The notes: generated from the sequence alone by a model not told the origin. DNA of 63,697 nucleotides, filler included, from Olpidium bornovanus S191 (GCA_017911155.1; 27 parts of 27 records of this genome joined end to end with filler, not necessarily neighbours in it); one strand, 5' to 3'; positions 35,318-48,941 are shown, counted from the whole stretch's first letter. Translations and numbers: made by a program.

Positions 35318-37726
35318 ATGGTGAACTTTACCGTGGGTGAGTGCGCGCCGCGCCCCCGCGCACAAAAAGGCGCGGGGCGGGAAGGGGGAGGGGGCGGTAG
35401 CGGAGGAGCGGGGAGTTAGAGGTACAGCGAGTACTGCGACGGCGGACCAGGAGGTGGGAGGGGGGGGGAATGCGTTGTCCTTCGTCGGCTTTTTTTTGGT
35501 TTCCAGTGTACAGCGCGCGAACAAAGTCTACGTGAAGAGGGACGGTTGCGGGATGCTCTTCGGCATGCGCATGGCCTTCCCACCCCGCATGCGTTTTGTA
35601 TTCCGCGCCTGCCAGCTCGCACCCCTTCGAGCTCTGTTTCCTTTTTGCATTTCGCGTATCTCCTGCTGTCCCCGTAACTCCGCGTGTATTTTTTTTGTAC
35701 CTTTGCTTTACATTGCGGACCCCCACTACAGACCAGGTACGTTTAGGCGGGCGGTTTTTTCCTTGGGCCTGGCCGCGGCCGCAAAATGTCTTTCTCGCGC
35801 TCTGTCGCGGAACCTGACGTCCGCGTTCGCGTTTTTGCGCCGCACGCCCCCCCTTAGATTCGGTCGCTCATGGACAAGAGCACGAACGTCCGAAACATGT
35901 CTGTTATTGCCCACGTCGACCACGGGAAGTCCACCCTTACGGACTCCTTGGTTTCTAAGGCCGGCATTATCTCGACACAAAAAGCCGGCGAAGCTCGGTT
36001 CACCGACACGCGTCAGGACGAGCAGGACCGAGGAATCACCATCAAGTCAACTGCCATTTCTCTTTTCTTTGAGCTTCCCGCTGAAGATGTCGGCGACGTC
36101 AAGCAGAAGACCGACGGAAACGGCTTTTTAATAAACCTCATCGACTCCCCCGGGCACGTCGATTTCTCGTCTGAGGTCACCGCCGCACTCCGGGTCACTG
36201 ACGGTGCCCTCGTCGTCGTGGACTGCGTTGAAGGCGTCTGTGTCCAGACTGAGACTGTCCTGCGTCAGGCTCTTAACGAGAAAATTAAACCGGTTGTCAT
36301 CATCAACAAGGTCGACCGTGCGCTTCTCGAGCTGCAGCAACCTAAAGAGGAGCTGTATCAGGTGAGTACGATTTTCCCGCAATATATGCTTTTGTCGATG
36401 TGCGGTAGTCTGCATTGTTATTAACATTTGACATTTTTGTCAGTCCTTCCAACGTACCATTGAATCCGTCAATGTCATCATTTCTACCTATTTCGACAAG
36501 TCGCTTGGCGATGTCCAGGTGTACCCTGAGAAAGGCACAGTCGCGTTCGGATCCGGTCTTCACGGGTGGGCGTTTACCCTCCGCCAGTTTGCGAAGCGGT
36601 ACTCGAAGAAGTTTGGTGTGGACGTGAACAAGATGATTCCCCGCCTGTGGGGCGAGAACTACTTCAATCCCGCGACGAAAAAGTGGACCAACAAGCCGCA
36701 GGACGCTAATGGCAAGAACCTGGAGCGCGCGTTTAACATGTTTGTCCTTGACCCGATCTACAAGCTTTTCGACAGCATCATGAATTTCAGAAAAGAGGAA
36801 GCCCTCAAGCTGATCGAGAAACTCGAGGTCGTCCTAAAGTCTGACGAGAAGGATCTTGAGGGCAAGGCTCTCCTCAAGGTTGTTATGAAGCGTTTTCTGC
36901 CGGCTGCCGACGCTTTGCTGGAGATGATGGTCATCCACCTCCCGTCTCCGGTCACCGCGCAAGCGTATCGTGTCGAGAACTTGTACGAGGGCCCGCTCGA
37001 TGATGAATGTGCTCAAGGCATCCGCGCTTGTGACCCGAAAGCACCCCTTATGCTTTACGTTTCCAAGATGGTTCCCACCTCCGACAAGGGCCGCTTCTAC
37101 GCTTTCGGCCGTGTGTTTTCCGGAACTGTCAGGTCCGGCCTGAAGGTCCGCATTCAGGGCCCGAACTATGTCGTGGGCAAGAAGGAAGACCTTTTCCTGA
37201 AGTCTATTCAACGCACCATCCTTATGATGGGACGGTACATCGAACCTATCGAAGACTGTCCGGCCGGCAACATCGTCGGTCTTGTGGGCGTTGACCAGTT
37301 CCTGCTAAAGTCCGGCACCATCACCCCCTCCGAGGTTGCCCACAACATGAAGGTTATGAAGTTCTCCGTGTCTCCCGTCGTCCAGGTTGCCGTCGAAGTC
37401 AAGAACGCTAACGATTTGCCGAAGCTTGTTGAGGGTCTTAAGCGTCTGTCGAAGTCTGATCCCTGTGTTCAGTGCTTCACCAACGAGTCCGGCGAGCACA
37501 TTGTTGCTGGTGCTGGAGAACTTCACCTTGAGATCTGTTTGAAGGATCTGGAGGAAGATCATGCGCAGGTGCCGATCAAAGCTGGTGATCCCGTGGTGTC
37601 GTACCGCGAGACCGTGCAGGCCGAGTCGTCAATAGTTGCTCTCTCCAAATCTCCGAATAAGCACAACCGTGTTTACATGAAGGCCGAGCCTATGGATGAG
37701 CAGCTTGCAAATGATATCGAGGCGGG
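35318..37726 (+). CDS. EFT2: Translation elongation factor 2 (eEF2), multi-exon, 3'-truncated
   Basis: [71 protein letters not shown] and [15 protein letters not shown]. Confidence 0.99.
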
Positions 37727-38161
37727 NNNNNNNNNNNNNNNNNNNNNNNNNNNNNNNNNNNNNNNNNNNNTTAATTAATTAANNNNNNNNNNNNNNNNNN
37801 NNNNNNNNNNNNNNNNNNNNNNNNNNCATGGAATGGAAAAAACGAGCTTTTTTTTTTTTTGCGGCGGCGCGAAGCCCGCGATCAGGCAGGCTGCCGGCTT
37901 ACCGACCCGGGACGACGTGCACACACCGGGACGAAGGCGGGGTTCAAACTGCGCCGCGCTGGCGCATCTGTGCGATGAGAAAGACGTACCTTCCAAAAAA
38001 AAAACCGCCTGCCAGAAGGTATCGTTTTGCGGTGAACGAATCGCAGAGAGCCGGGGGGGGGAGGGAAAGGGGGGGGGTTAAATTTCCCCCCCTCCCACCT
38101 CCCGGGTAAGAAGCCCGGCCCTGCGCGGTAGCCCGAGGGAAAAAAAACGCTCGGCGGGTTT

Positions 38162-39034
38162 TCATTGGTCCGCGAACTGTGCCGGACGAAACGCGGCAGC
38201 CCTCGCGTGCGGGGGGAGCGTCTGGCCTCCAGACGCCGTCGTCCCGCGTCTTTCCCCGAGCGCTCGCTCGTCCTCTCCGCCGGCGTGCCGCTGCGCGAGG
38301 GCGCCGTACGACGGCGGCAGCACTAGCGCGGGAAACATCCACGTGTTCGGCGACAGGGGCGGAACCACGCTTTCCAGCGGCAGTGGGAACCGCGCCGACG
38401 ACGATACCACGGGGACCGACGACGTCGAGTTGTGAGGATCTGGTGCGCCGCTGGTGAAAATGCCCGGTCCTATCCGGGCCAGACGCGGAGGGAGTGACGG
38501 CTGCGAGCTTCGCACGGTCCTTGAAGTCCGCACTGAACCTGGCGCAAATGGTGTGCCGTTGGATTCGGCGTACCGGGAGACTAGCAATGGCGAAACTTCT
38601 CCCGAACACACGTTTGCCTTGCATATTGGGCACTGAGCGAAGGGGGGGAGGGAAGGTGGCGCGCGGGTTAGTAAAAGGTGGCTGACCCGGAATCGCCCCG
38701 CGTTCCGGATTCCACATACGCATCTCCGTCGCTTTGTCAGCCAAGGGTCTATGCACTCCACGTGAAATTCGTGCCCGCACGGCAGGATCCGCAGCTCTTC
38801 CTCGTCCAAGTAGTCTTCCAGGCAAATAGCGCAGTCAACAGGTTCTCTGCCTCGCCGCTTTGTGGCAAAGTAGAATTTTGTCGGGAGCGACGAGACGTAG
38901 GCAGGGGCGGCCAAGTCCGAGGTGCTCCTGTCAACGTTTGTGGAGCGGACACGATACAAAGCATAGATGAACAACAGCATTGCCACGGGCGTGACGACTG
39001 TAATTATGATGACATCCAGCATCGGCCTTTTTGA
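38162..39034 (-). CDS. Transmembrane RING-H2 E3 ubiquitin ligase (PA-TM-RING/RNF13-like), 5'-truncated
   Basis: TM helix [20 protein letters not shown], then [42 protein letters not shown]. Confidence 0.88.
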   Translation of the reverse strand, partial: SKRPMLDVIIITVVTPVAMLLFIYALYRVRSTNVDRSTSDLAAPAYVSSLPTKFYFATKRRGREPVDCAICLEDYLDEEELRILPCGHEFHVECIDPWLTKRRRCVCGIRNAGRFRVSHLLLTRAPPSLPPFAQCPICKANVCSGEVSPLLVSRYAESNGTPFAPGSVRTSRTVRSSQPSLPPRLARIGPGIFTSGAPDPHNSTSSVPVVSSSARFPLPLESVVPPLSPNTWMFPALVLPPSYGALAQRHAGGEDERALGERRGTTASGGQTLPPHARAAAFRPAQFADQ

Positions 39035-39210
39035 ACGTCGAAGCGGTCAGAAACGAACACGCACACAAAACTCTGACCCCTAAGCCCGAGAAGGCTTACT
39101 GGAACATGTCNNNNNNNNNNNNNNNNNNNNNNNNNNNNNNNNNNNNNNNNNNNNTTAATTAATTAANNNNNNNNNNNNNNNNNNNNNNNNNNNNNNNNNN
39201 NNNNNNNNNN

Positions 39211-39256
<46 letters not shown>

Positions 39257-39620
39257 GGCGCAGACGGGGCGAGAGGATTGACAGATATTGCACCTGAACA
39301 CCGCAAATGGATCGGACGGTGCAAGGTCCCGTGAACCCGGTTCTTGGGAACCGGGTTTCGCAGTCGTCCGGCGCGGGGAGAAAGGACAGCTATCGCTCTG
39401 TGCGGGACGGGCCTGGTGAGGAGGAAAAAAAAAAAAGAAGAAGGGAAAAATACGGGACGGCCGATGGGATTCCGGCGGGATTCCCGCGGGAGACCGGCGG
39501 AAAAGCAGTTTTGGCCACGGTTCTGCCAGAACTGCAAACTCCAGGTGTCGGGCGTACCGGTGGAGGATGGTGGGGGGGAAGGGGGAAGGGAATGCTGCGA
39601 ATCTCGCGGGAACCATTGTC

Positions 39621-39726
39621 TGCCTCTTCTGCGACAAGGACGTGTGCGAGAGAGCCCCCCCTTGCGGGCACCATTGCCGGACAGAATATGCCTCTTCTGT
39701 GACAAGGACGTGTGCGAGAAAGCCCC
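39621..39726. repeat. 38-bp near-identical direct repeat (period 68)
   Basis: TGCCTCTTCTG(C/T)GACAAGGACGTGTGCGAGA(G/A)AGCCCC at 39621 and 39689. Confidence 0.85.
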
Positions 39727-41008
39727 GGCGGTTCCTTGTTTCTGAGCGGTGCCGTTGTTCGCGAACCCCGTTGGGGGGAGGGGGTGAGGGGGTGGCGAGG
39801 GGATTCCGCGAACGGCAACAAAAAAAAAAAAAAAAAAAAAAAACAAAGCATTTTTCTTTACCGATCCGTCCCGCCGCGTGAAACACGGGCCGACACGTCA
39901 CGCGTTTTAATTCCCGAGCAGGCGGCGGCCGCCGGCAGCGGCTCGAGACCGCAACATGCTCAGGGCACGCAGGCGCGGAGGCGAGGGGGATTCGAGACGC
40001 CGTTCGGCATTCACTAAGAGGCGCGGCGCTTCTGAACGGCCCAGCGGTTGACGGACAGACCAACCTCCCTCCCTCCCCCGTCCTTCCCTCCACGCGCAGA
40101 AAAAAAAACAACAAACAAAAAAACAAAAAAAAAATGCATCCCGTTGCCGCGAGGGGAGAGCGCCACACGACGCTTGCGGTCCGCCGCGTTGCCGGTATCG
40201 CTGTGTTCGACAGCTGCTCTTCGAACTGCCCGTCGCTGATTTCCCGTTACGAAGCAAAACGCCTTGAGGACACGAAAAGTTCCCCCTCGGCCTCAGGCAG
40301 CTTCGTTTGTAACGGTATCCAGCGGCCGAATATCCAGAACGCGCCCCGCTGACGTGTTGCTGGCTTTGCTTGCCGAAACGGCGCCTGCGCCGTCGCAAAC
40401 AACCGCTCTCGGGGGAACTTCCGGAGCTCTCCCCCACCCGCTACGCGGAGTTGCGTTTTGCGGGGAAAGATCCGTTGCCGCAGGCAGCGCCTCTCTCAAA
40501 AAAAAACAAACAACCTGGAAAATGGTGGAGGACAAGAATAACGGAAACGTGAAACATCCGGCCCCTCCGTTCACGGCGCGCGGGCACGACCGGGGTTCAG
40601 CCTGTTTCTGGCCACGCAGCCATATCTGGCTGCAGCCCAGTAGGGGGGTCACCAATGACGTTAAACCCGCGCCGAGACCAGAAACAAACGCGCCCGGATA
40701 GCTTTTTCAGGGCTTTGGAACGTTTTCGACTGTTGCCGGTGGGCGGACCAAATGGTGGGGAGAGGTTCCGGAGTGCATCGTTTTCTAGTATGTGCGCGTG
40801 CCCAAACTCTGGTGTCTAGATGCAAGCGTGCAAGGGCGGGACGAAATAGAAAAAAAAATTAAAGCAAAGGATATCCAGAATGTGGGGAGGGAAGCCCTCG
40901 ATAGAGAGCGGCATTGTATACTATCGCATCAAACTAGCTGCCCGAAACGGCAAGGCACAAAAAAGGAAAAGAAAAAGGAAATTAAAGTCAATGGAGAAAA
41001 GGGTTTTT

Positions 41009-41780
41009 TCACCAGAATTCGGCTCTCGTCGAAACATCCATCAGATCCTCGATGATGCGCTTCACCGAGCTCCCGATCTGCTTGGTCATCTCCCGCTGCC
41101 TGTTTAGAGCCAGACTCGGAAACAGGAATAGGAGGTCTCCGTCGAGGATCCCCTTCGTTGCGTTCGACGCCAGCCGCTCGTTGGAATGCATTAGTCTACA
41201 TCACGACCAAAATGCCAGGATACGGGAAAAAGCCAGTTACACGGTGCAGACGTCAAGGACCGATTGTTAAACACCTTCCCTCCCGTCCCTTCCCTCCCCC
41301 CAACTTTCCCCGGCGGCCCCAGCGGGACAGAGAAAAAAGGAAACGTCGCGCTCAGAACGAACCTGAACGCCCTTGGGTTCAAGCCCGCCGGATGCTGCAG
41401 CCCGTTGACCATTGCTGCGTGAAGGAGGTGGAAACGCCTATATGTCCGTTCTTCCACAGGGGTGATGATGCACAGCGACCCGTCGAGCGAGGCTACGACC
41501 GGTCACGAAAAACGGCGGGCGCAGAGATGGAATTAATGGGCATTTGCGGTCGTGAGTGGCCGACAGTGTCCCGCTGCGAAGTCAAATTGGGTTAAAAAAA
41601 AAGCTAGAACGGGAGGTCAATACTCACCGCCGAACACCGTGTGCCGATTAGGATGATTGCGATCGCCGGTCGTATCGGAATGACCGGAAGCTCGTTGTTT
41701 TAAACGCAACAGTTGGGAAATGCGAGATCCGACGTGCAGGTCACCTCTCCTAATAAGCCTGTTACCTCCGTAAGCCTGCA
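41009..41780 (-). CDS. CFT1: CPSF160/Cft1 C-terminal exons
   Basis: AYGGNRLIRRGDLHVGSRI / VEERTYRRFHLLHAAMVNGLQHPAGLNPRAFR / KGILDGDLLFLFPSLALNRQREMTKQIG. Confidence 0.88.
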
Positions 41781-41928
41781 CGTCTGCGGTTAAAGAGGGA
41801 AGAGGGGGGAAGGATTCAGAATTGCATGNNNNNNNNNNNNNNNNNNNNNNNNNNNNNNNNNNNNNNNNNNNNTTAATTAATTAANNNNNNNNNNNNNNNN
41901 NNNNNNNNNNNNNNNNNNNNNNNNNNNN

Positions 41929-43789
41929 AAAGAGGAACTGGCCGACGGTGCGAGCCGTCGCCCGCTTTGCACGGCCAATGCAACATACGACGTAGCCGTC
42001 CAGGGCGGCTTTAACCTGCTCGATGTCGTCCGCACGAGCCAGCTTCATGCACCCGTCCGGGTAGAGGCTTCCGCACGTCGGAAACAGTTTGGCGCGGTCG
42101 TCCTTGCTGAGCTCAGTGCCGAAGGAATTGATGGTAATGTTGATTATCCGGCGGTCGGCCTCAAACTGGTCGGATCAACGAAAAGTTAAGCGGTGATCGC
42201 AAAGGGGGGGGGGGGGAAGAAGCAGGAAACGTCTTATTTGCGCAAAAAAACGCGACCGACCTGCAGAATCTTGCCCATAACATCCGCGGTGGTCTGTCCC
42301 AGGGATTGGCAGAACTGGTAGAAGTCTTCGAGGTACGCCTTGTAGAGGGTGTTACGGATGATCTCGATGTTCATCTCATCGAGGTCCTGCGCCGACAGGC
42401 AGTTCATGAAGTAACCGGCTAAAGTTTACATGCGGCAGGAGAAAGGATGCCCGAAGCCCCCCAGTTAGTCTGAACGAAGAACGTTCCATCACAATAAGTT
42501 TTGCGACCGGTGATCTCCCCCTGCCAGTCGTGCAGCTTTATTCTGCCCCGCTCAACATCCTCGACGCCAAGTCGCGTTCGCCCGGTCAATCAGCTATTCC
42601 CTGTCGCACAGCGGCCACGCCGTTCCCGCCGAAGTGCCGAAAAAACTCCCGAGCTCACCAAGCGGCGAGTCGACGAGCACAGTGCTGTACAGTTCTTGGA
42701 CGTTGGTGGCAACGCACAGGGCGGGCATGGTGTCGAAGACGCCGATCGGGTGGCACCGCTCCAGCAGTTCGTGCGTGTCGCGCTCGTGCAGAGTCCCCGT
42801 GATGAGGAGGATGACATTGTCGATCATATAAGCATAGCTTTTTTTTTTTGGCGCGAGCGGAGGGGTGCCAATCGTACGCGAAGGCGATCCCGTAAAAGCG
42901 TTCACGCCGTCAGCACAAATCAGCCTGGACAGAGCGCGGCATGGAACTGCTGCGCTCCGGCTCTACGTACGTCATGTACTCGAGAAACTTTGCCAGGTCG
43001 CCCACAGCGTGCGCGCGGAGGTACTCGAACTCCTCGACAAGCCTAGCCGAAAGCGGGCAGAACAACCTTACCTTCAGCGCGCCGCCCCCAAAGTCGGTTG
43101 TTAAAACCAGCGCCGCGCACAACCGACCTCGAGCTCACCTCTCCGTGGCCTTCTCCGCGATGGTAGACGTCGCGAGCGGCGACGGTTCATTTTGAAGAAA
43201 GCCCCCGTAATCCGTGGACGAGAGTTGGAGCTTTAGGTCTGGTTCACGAAGCAGAGCCGCGTTGTCGCACTTTCGAGTCAGGCGACCGCAAAAGCGATGA
43301 GAGAACGCCTCCACCTCCCCCATTCCCTCTTCCCGTGAGTCGGCAACATCCGCGCCCGCTAACGGGCCGGCGTAGAGGACAAACCTTCCAGCGTCTCGCA
43401 TTGGGTCAGGTTGACATAGTTGGAGTGAGTGAGGATGCCGCTCCGGAACCCGCGGACGATGCCTGGAGAGAAAAACGACGTGACGAAAGTCGCTGGTTTA
43501 AGTCGCTGCTCGCCCGTCCGAGTGGAAACGCGGCCAGACAGGCCGGGTATCACGAATTCGATCTGCCGTAGATGACTCTGCAATGTCCGCGCGCGACTTC
43601 CTGCCAGCGGCGGGCTGTGGTCCCCACCCCCGGGGCCAGGCCATCCGTCTGCCTGGCATGCGCCTTCTCCCCCTCCTCCCGCTCTGCCGGTGTGTGTTTC
43701 CGGCGGCGACAAGCCCCACAGGCCGAACTCAGGCGCCGACGCTCACCCTCGGCGTAGCCGTTGTCGATGTTGAAGTAGGTTGCCTCCAT
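41929..43789 (-). CDS. VMA6: V-ATPase V0 subunit d, multi-exon, 3'-truncated
   Basis: [49 protein letters not shown] / [18 protein letters not shown]...CHPIG / [21 protein letters not shown] / [19 protein letters not shown]. Confidence 0.97.
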
Positions 43790-44599
43790 ATTCGCCTTTT
43801 TTTTTGAGCCCTATTCTCCCTCTCGCCCATTCGCTCGCTTCGCGGGCGGCGCGGACAGAAGGCGCCAAAGATTCAGGGACTCTGATAAACCGGCCGTTTC
43901 CGGCACCCCTCCGCCCGGCCGAAGCACATGATTAACCCAAAGAGGATGGTTTCTCCTCTACGCGGAGAACGTCGCAGGCGGTCTGGACGGCCGCCAAGGG
44001 GGATGACCGCAATGTTACCGCGGAAAAGGAGGAAGCCATGGTCGGCGACCATATGGGACCCAGGGTTCGCGCTCACGAAAGTCCTGCACACGCCCGAATG
44101 ACCGTCATGTCGGACCCCGCAGCGACCTACAATAGCCTGGACGTACTCTCAGAAGTGGACAGACAGGCCATAATCATGAAAGGTGCCAAGGTGCAGTATG
44201 GCATGCTCGTAATTACCGGGACGTGTGACGACAACACCTGGTTGTTCCATCTGGACGCGACACCAGCCAGGGGCCAAGGCGAGTCCGAGGAAACATCCGT
44301 TGCCTTCTGTGGCATAAATGCTGGACTACGGCGTTCGGCATGTACGCCTGGGTAGTTTGCGGCAGAGGAGCTTCCGCCTGCTGGAAAAGCAAGGCACAAG
44401 GCAATCTTGCCAATGTCAGAATCTGGCAAACAATCGAGAATTGCAGGACTTGCCAAATGNNNNNNNNNNNNNNNNNNNNNNNNNNNNNNNNNNNNNNNNN
44501 NNNTTAATTAATTAANNNNNNNNNNNNNNNNNNNNNNNNNNNNNNNNNNNNNNNNNNNNATTGCATTTGTTTTGTGGCAACCAAATCTGCGACAACCCG

Positions 44600-45400
44600 T
44601 CACATCAACGAGCCGCGTATCCGAACATCTTCCCCGCGGAATTTTCCATATCAAGCTGGCTTTTATGGCCAAACGTCGACGGACGAGGATGGGCGTTACG
44701 TGCCACGGGCGCGTCCGCCGTCAAAAGTTCACAAGCGCTCGGCGTCCGGTACAAAATATTTCTGATTTCATCCCAGTCCATATTCTGACCGGTCTTGCGA
44801 AGCTCGAACACCTTTTCGGCATCTTCCGCCGCCCAAAACTGATTTTTGCGCCTCTAACGCAACGAACAGTGCTGAATTTGCGTAGGCGCTGACAGGCATT
44901 TATATCCTGCACCACAAACAAACCAGAAAGGTCAGGCCGCCTTTGTGGCCCGCTCTCCCGCTCAAAAACCAACGCGGTTATTTCAAATACTTACGAGCTA
45001 ACGACAAGAAGTTCCTTGGAGTCTTCAGTATTTTAGTGAATTTCTCGAAAGATTCGCTGTTCCGCGACATCAATAAAGCGTTAGATCTGTCCTCCGTTTC
45101 CTATGGGCGGCGGAACAGCTTTGCTGGTTGCAATATATGATACTTCAACTTTATTGCGCGTACAGTTCGCCCACGCAATGCTTGACCAGCAAATCCTACC
45201 CTAACCTCTCAGCTGCAACTCGACGATTGTAATGAGTGCTTGATGCTCGTCGTCAGTCCATCGTGAATTATATGAATAAGGCAGAAGGCCGAGCTTGGCA
45301 GCCTTCGCGGAACACGCGCGAGGCGACCTCCCGATAGCCTTCGATATTGCCATCCAACTCAGCTTTGTTCTGCTAAGGTTGCCAGGGTTCGGCCAACGCG
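44600..45400 (-). pseudogene. Decayed multi-Myb/SANT-repeat gene
   Basis: SWMAISKAIGRSPRAC, RWTDDEHQALITIV...ICWSSIA, (frameshift) LRGRTVRAIKLKYHIL and RRP*ETED; in-frame TAG at 45201-45203 and 45101-45103. Confidence 0.6.
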
Positions 45401-45616
45401 GCCTGAAGCAACTGAAGCTCTCCATTTACCCAGCATGGCGCCGGACTAAGTAGGATTCGAAGCTTCGCGCGACATGCCGGAGATGTCCTGCCCAGCCCTT
45501 GCGCGAAACCCGCCCACAAAAACGCTTGCGGGTTGGTTTTTTTAATCTCGTGACCCTGAAGCAGGTGTCTGACTTACGTTTCACTCCAACTACGTGTAAG
45601 GTTTGCTTTTCGACGC

Positions 45617-45730
45617 GGGGTATCGGGCACTGGCGCAGGCCCGTCTGTGACGGCGGAGCTTCCGAGGGCAACCGGGGTGTCGGGCACTGGCGAAGGCCCG
45701 TCTGTGCCGGCGGAGCTTCCGGGGGCAACT
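45617..45730. repeat. 57-bp tandem repeat (2 copies)
   Basis: CGGGCACTGGCG(C/A)AGGCCCGTCTGTG(A/C)CGGCGGAGCTTCCG starts at 45624 and 45681. Confidence 0.85.
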
Positions 45731-46012
45731 TCAAGGGCATTTCCTCTTTCCACGTCCGCGCCCGCTTCTGCTCCACTATGTCTGGCCGAGTTCGCCGGCA
45801 AGTGTTGACGGGCAAGCCGGCTGGACTGGACTCGGGCGCCCGCCGATCGCCACAGGGCAGATCGCCAGGACATGACCCTATCTTGACTTAGCGTCGGAAA
45901 GGACCTGCGGAGGACACTTGTGGGCGACACCCCGGCCGTTATTTTTGCCTTCAAAATATTTTTATCTTTTTGGCCCCGAAAGCGGGCGGAGGCAGCGGGA
46001 ATTTGGCGGATA

Positions 46013-46056
<44 letters not shown>

Positions 46057-46059
<3 letters not shown>

Positions 46060-46327
46060 GACGGCGAGTTCTGCCAGGCGGCGCTGCAGTTCCACATCAT
46101 CCTCAGGGACCAGGTGCCGAACGTGCTGCTCGGCGAAGCGAAGCTCATGACCACGGCGTGCTGCGTGCGCGAGCTCGAGGCCAAGGGCTCCAGCCACACC
46201 ACCGCGGTGGTGATCGCCAAGAAGATGGAGACCAGGAGGTGCCCGCACACCGGCAGGCCCGTGTCCGCCGCGGAGTGCATCACGGAAATTGTCGGTAAGT
46301 AAGGGGACGGGGGTGGGGTGGGGGGGG

Positions 46328-46404
<77 letters not shown>

Positions 46405-46877
46405 GCCGGGCCGCTCGCGGAAAGGCCCAGCCGCGGGAGTTCGCTGACCCAAGGGGTATTTCCCTCTCGCGCGTCGCAGGCCCGACGAACCAGCACCACT
46501 ACTGCGTGGCGACGCAGGACCCGCGGCTCCGCGCGCGCCTCCGGGAGATACCCGGGACCCCGCTCCTGTTAATGTCAAAGTCCGTCCTCCTCCTCGAGCC
46601 CACCTCGCAGTGTACGCTGGAGAAGGTGCGGCAGCTGGAGCTGGCCAAGGTGGCCGCGCCGAGGAAGGAGGTCGAGTTCCTCGCGAGGGTCGCGAACGGG
46701 GGCCGGGATCCGCCGGCCCAGCAGCAGGGCTTGGCCGCGCAGCAGAAGAAGAGGAAGAGGAAGGGCCCGAAGGAGCCCAACCCGCTCAGCTGCAAGAAGA
46801 AAAAGGTCAAGCAGCAGCAGCAGCCTCAGCAGCAAAAACGGCCTTCCGCCAAGCCTGCTCCGCCGCCGGAAAAGTAA
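46057..46877 (+). CDS. UTP23: Utp23 PIN-domain rRNA-processing protein, first exon not found
   Basis: VDGEFCQAALQFHIILRDQVPNVLLGEAKLMTTACCVRELE...RRCPH...VSAAECI / NQHHYCVATQDPRLRARLREIPGTPL and KGPKEPNPLSCKKKK. Confidence 0.92.
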
Positions 46878-47658
46878 ACGGGAAATTCCATATTAAAAGT
46901 GAGGGCCGGACCCGCGCGGCCGCATGCCTGCCAGTGCGGAAGAAGTACAGTAAGCACGAAAAACCGTTCCCCTGTGTGCCTTTTTCTTTCGCAAAAAAAA
47001 ACAGTGATATGGCGCCTTGATTTTGCGGGGCCAGTTTTTTTACTTTGGCTCCAGAAATCCTGCATTAACGCTTTGTCATCTCAAATTATTTTTTTCAAGC
47101 AAAAATATTTGCCCGCTCCGTGGCATGAAAGGGAATTGCCGAATAGGTTTGTGAAGACAGCCCGTGCCAAAATCTACCGCGGGTCGTTGTAGTTCAAGCC
47201 ACACGCCACTCAATACCATCAACACCCTTGCCCCACTCTTCCCTCCGCCCGCCCCCCCTTCCACCCGCCATTTCATTTTGACACCTGCGGCGATGGCGAA
47301 ACGAAGTTATGACGCTTCTGACGCCTCCGTCAGAACAAAATTATGAACGCTCGTCATGGCTTTGTTCTGTTAGCTTTTCTAAACATCTGTTTGGCTATCA
47401 AATATATCATCAGCGGGATATCGGTTGTGTCGTAGGGCATGAGTCTGCTGAAGGGAAAACATTCATAGCAGCCGTACGATCGACAAGGGGATCAATCGGA
47501 TCTTTTTTGGGCGAGACACCCTCCCGAAACGCTCTTTGGTATGGTGAGGCGATAGACCNNNNNNNNNNNNNNNNNNNNNNNNNNNNNNNNNNNNNNNNNN
47601 NNTTAATTAATTAANNNNNNNNNNNNNNNNNNNNNNNNNNNNNNNNNNNNNNNNNNNN

Positions 47659-48893
47659 CATGGTTGTTCTGTCTCCCCAGATGACAAGGGATTCAATCTT
47701 CTGTACCACCTGGAAGATGTGGTCGGCGGTCCGGCTGTGTTCGAGCCGTACGCGCGGGCGTATTTCCAGAGATTTGCGCACAAGGTGCGTAGTCCTGATT
47801 GTCACCGATTTTTGGATATCCGCTTTTCGATATGGATCTGCTGAGATTGTTTTGCTTTGTTCAAATTCGGCCATCACGTGGGGGAAATCGTCAGTCAATC
47901 ACGACAGAAGAATGGCGGGGTTTCTTATACGAATACATGCGGGAGAAACACGGGAAGGGGATGGTCGCCGCTCTGGACAAGGTCGACTGGAACGCCTGGT
48001 TTGACGCCCCCGGGATGGTAGTGGCCCGTTTCCGTTCGCCGTTCGCAACATCTGCGCGCTACGCACCTCGGCGTTTCGAAATTTACGGACCGCGCCAGCT
48101 TGGCCGCGCCTTCGTCCCATTCTCCAGCCCCCGGTCGACGGACAGTTCGACCGCACGCTGGCGGAGGTGTGCGACGCCCTGTGCAAGCGGTGGGACGCCG
48201 CGCGGTCGCAGGAAGGCGATCTCGGCTTCACGCCGGCGGACATCCGGGACTTCACGCCGACGCAGAAGATCGTTTTCCTCGAGAGCTGCCAGGACCTCGA
48301 GCCGTTCCCGCACCGGGTGCTCGAGGTCATGGACAAGACGTATTCTCTGAGCGCGGCGCGAAACTCGGAAATCAGGTTCGCGTGGCAGATGTTGTGGTAT
48401 GTGGACGGCCGGGATCCCGGCTTCTGGGGCGGACCTGCGCTGTCGCCGTCGCCTGGCTGCATGTGTGGTTTTGTATTTTCGGCTTTTCTTTTTGCCATTG
48501 AGGTAAGGACGCGTTTGACCGCGCGCCGCTTCGCCGGCCCCATCCGCACACCCGCGCGGACGCAGTCTAAAGGCCGAATGGGAGGCAATATTTCCACAAG
48601 TTATCCAGTTCGTCCAGGAGCAAGGGAGGATGAAATTCGTCCGTCCGCTCTACAGGTGAGACGTCATATACGGCCCCATCCGCCCGGTTGCCGGAGGTTC
48701 TTTTCCTGTTTGCGCCGATTACCCCGCGCATGCTTGCCGCTGACGGACGGCACAACCACCAAACGGAAGGGAGCTAAATAACTGCGCCAAGGGCTCTGCT
48801 CTCGCCAAAGACACGTTCGTCAAGAACAAGCAGTTCTACCATCCCATCGCCGCCACGATGATAGTAAGCGACATTCCTCTTTCCGGCCCCGGT

Positions 48894-48941
<48 letters not shown>

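Noticed and set aside
46016-46056. 41-nt poly(A) before UTP23 as a retroposon tail
   Set aside because: No RT or target-site duplication is visible. It is more likely an intronic homopolymer or a mis-join, which would also explain the missing first exon.
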